From Eledone cirrhosa (taxonomy: Eukaryota): a stretch of DNA of 64,000 nucleotides. The notes below the pieces were generated by a model, which saw only the letters and a program-made list of their open reading frames with translations, made no database searches and was not told where the DNA came from. Each line of letters opens with the position of its first letter. The first letter of the stretch is position 1. The stretch lies in assembly GCA_964016885.1 (NCBI GenBank), contig OZ024741.1, positions 251,968,001-252,032,000 on the forward strand. The letters run 5' to 3'. Made by a program: the position numbers and the translations under genes. Below are positions 62,501 to 64,000 of the stretch, piece by piece.

Positions 62501-64000
62501 AACCTACACTATACCACACCAGACCACACTACACTATAACACAACTCTCTACACGTCACCTTATAATACAAAACTACACTATACCACACCACACTACACT
62601 ATAACACAATTCTCTACACATCACCTCATAATACAAAACTACACTATACCACACCAGACCACACTACACTATAACACAACTCTCTACACGTCACCTCATA
62701 ATAGAAAACTACACTATACCACACTACACCACACTACACTATAACACAATTCTCTACACATCACCTCATAATACAAAACTACACTATACCACACCACACC
62801 ACACTATAACACAACTCTCTACACATCACCTCATAATACAAAACTACACTATACCACACCACACCACACTACACTATAACACAACTCTCTACACATCACC
62901 TCATAATACAAAACTACACTATACCACACCAGACCACACTACACTATAACACAACTCTCTACACGTCACCTCATAATACAAAACTACACTATACCACACC
63001 ATACACACTACACTATAACACAACTCTCTACACATCACCTCATAATACAAAACTACACTATACCTCACCACACCACACTATACTATAACACAACTCTCTA
63101 CACGTCACCTCATAATACAAAACTACACTATACCACACCACACCACACTACACTATAACACAACTCTCTACACATCACCTCATAATACAAAACTACACTA
63201 TACCACACCACACCACACTACACTATAACACAATTCTCTACACGTCACCTCATAATACAAAACTACACTATACCACACCACACCACACTACACTATAACA
63301 CAACTCTCTACACATCACCTTATAATACAAAACTACACTATACCACACTACACTACACTATAACACAACTCTCTACACATCACCTTATAATACAAAACTA
63401 CTCTATACCACACCACACCACACTACACTATAACACAACTCTCTACACATCACCTCATAATACAAAACTACACTATACCACACCACACCACACTACACTA
63501 TAACACAATTCTCTACACATCACCTCATAATACAAAACTACACTATACCACACCACACTACACTATAACACAACTCTCTACACATCACCTCATAATACAA
63601 AACTACACTATACCACACCACACTACACTATAACACAACTCTCTACACATCACCTCATAATACAAAACTACACTATACCACACCACACTACACTATAACA
63701 CAACTCTCTACACATCACCTCATAATACAAAACTACACTAAACCACACCACACCACACTACACTATAACACAATTCTCTACACATCACCTCATAATACAA
63801 AACTACCCTATACCACACCACGCTACACTATAACACAACTCTCTACACATCACCTCATAATACAAAACTACACTATACCACACCACACTACACTATAACA
63901 CAACTCTCTACACATCACCTCATAATACAAAACTACACTATACCACACCAGACCACACTACACTATAACACAACTCTCTACACGTCACCTCATAATAGAA
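59560..64000. repeat. Satellite domain 3: ~60-70 bp unit ctataacacaactctctacacatcacctcataatacaaaactacactata(ccaca)n(ctaca)n; continues past window end
   Basis: Constant ~50-bp core plus a variable number of pentamers; ~1.35-kb duplicated block (60551/61901, 60701/62052). Confidence 0.97.

Noticed and set aside
59560-64000. CRISPR-like regular repeats with variable intervals
   Set aside because: The intervals are only variable numbers of the same pentamers, not unique spacers; eukaryotic context and no cas genes.

Overview
Repeat-dominated animal genomic DNA with no recognisable host gene. The SINE/LINE/microsatellite content resembles a cephalopod (octopus-like) genome; this is inference only. 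Bases 1-18,000 are a mosaic of a decayed RTE-clade LINE whose RT carries an internal C4HC3 (PHD-like) finger, three decayed R4/Dong-type RLE retrotransposons, tRNA-derived SINEs with two different heads (families A and B), a Tc2/pogo-like MITE and many microsatellites. Embedded in (TA)n tracts are short non-coding elements carrying type I hammerhead-ribozyme-like motifs. Two related copies (7.0-7.4 kb, 8.0-8.3 kb) show compensatory base changes in stems I and II. Bases ~18,040-64,000 are one G-poor, pentamer-based satellite in three successive domains (25-35 bp, 15/20 bp and 60-70 bp units). It contains a 7,179-bp higher-order repeat in ~3 copies, each with a SINE, and the middle copy is a chimera of the outer two. 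All long His/Tyr/Thr/Ile/Leu ORFs are satellite artefacts.
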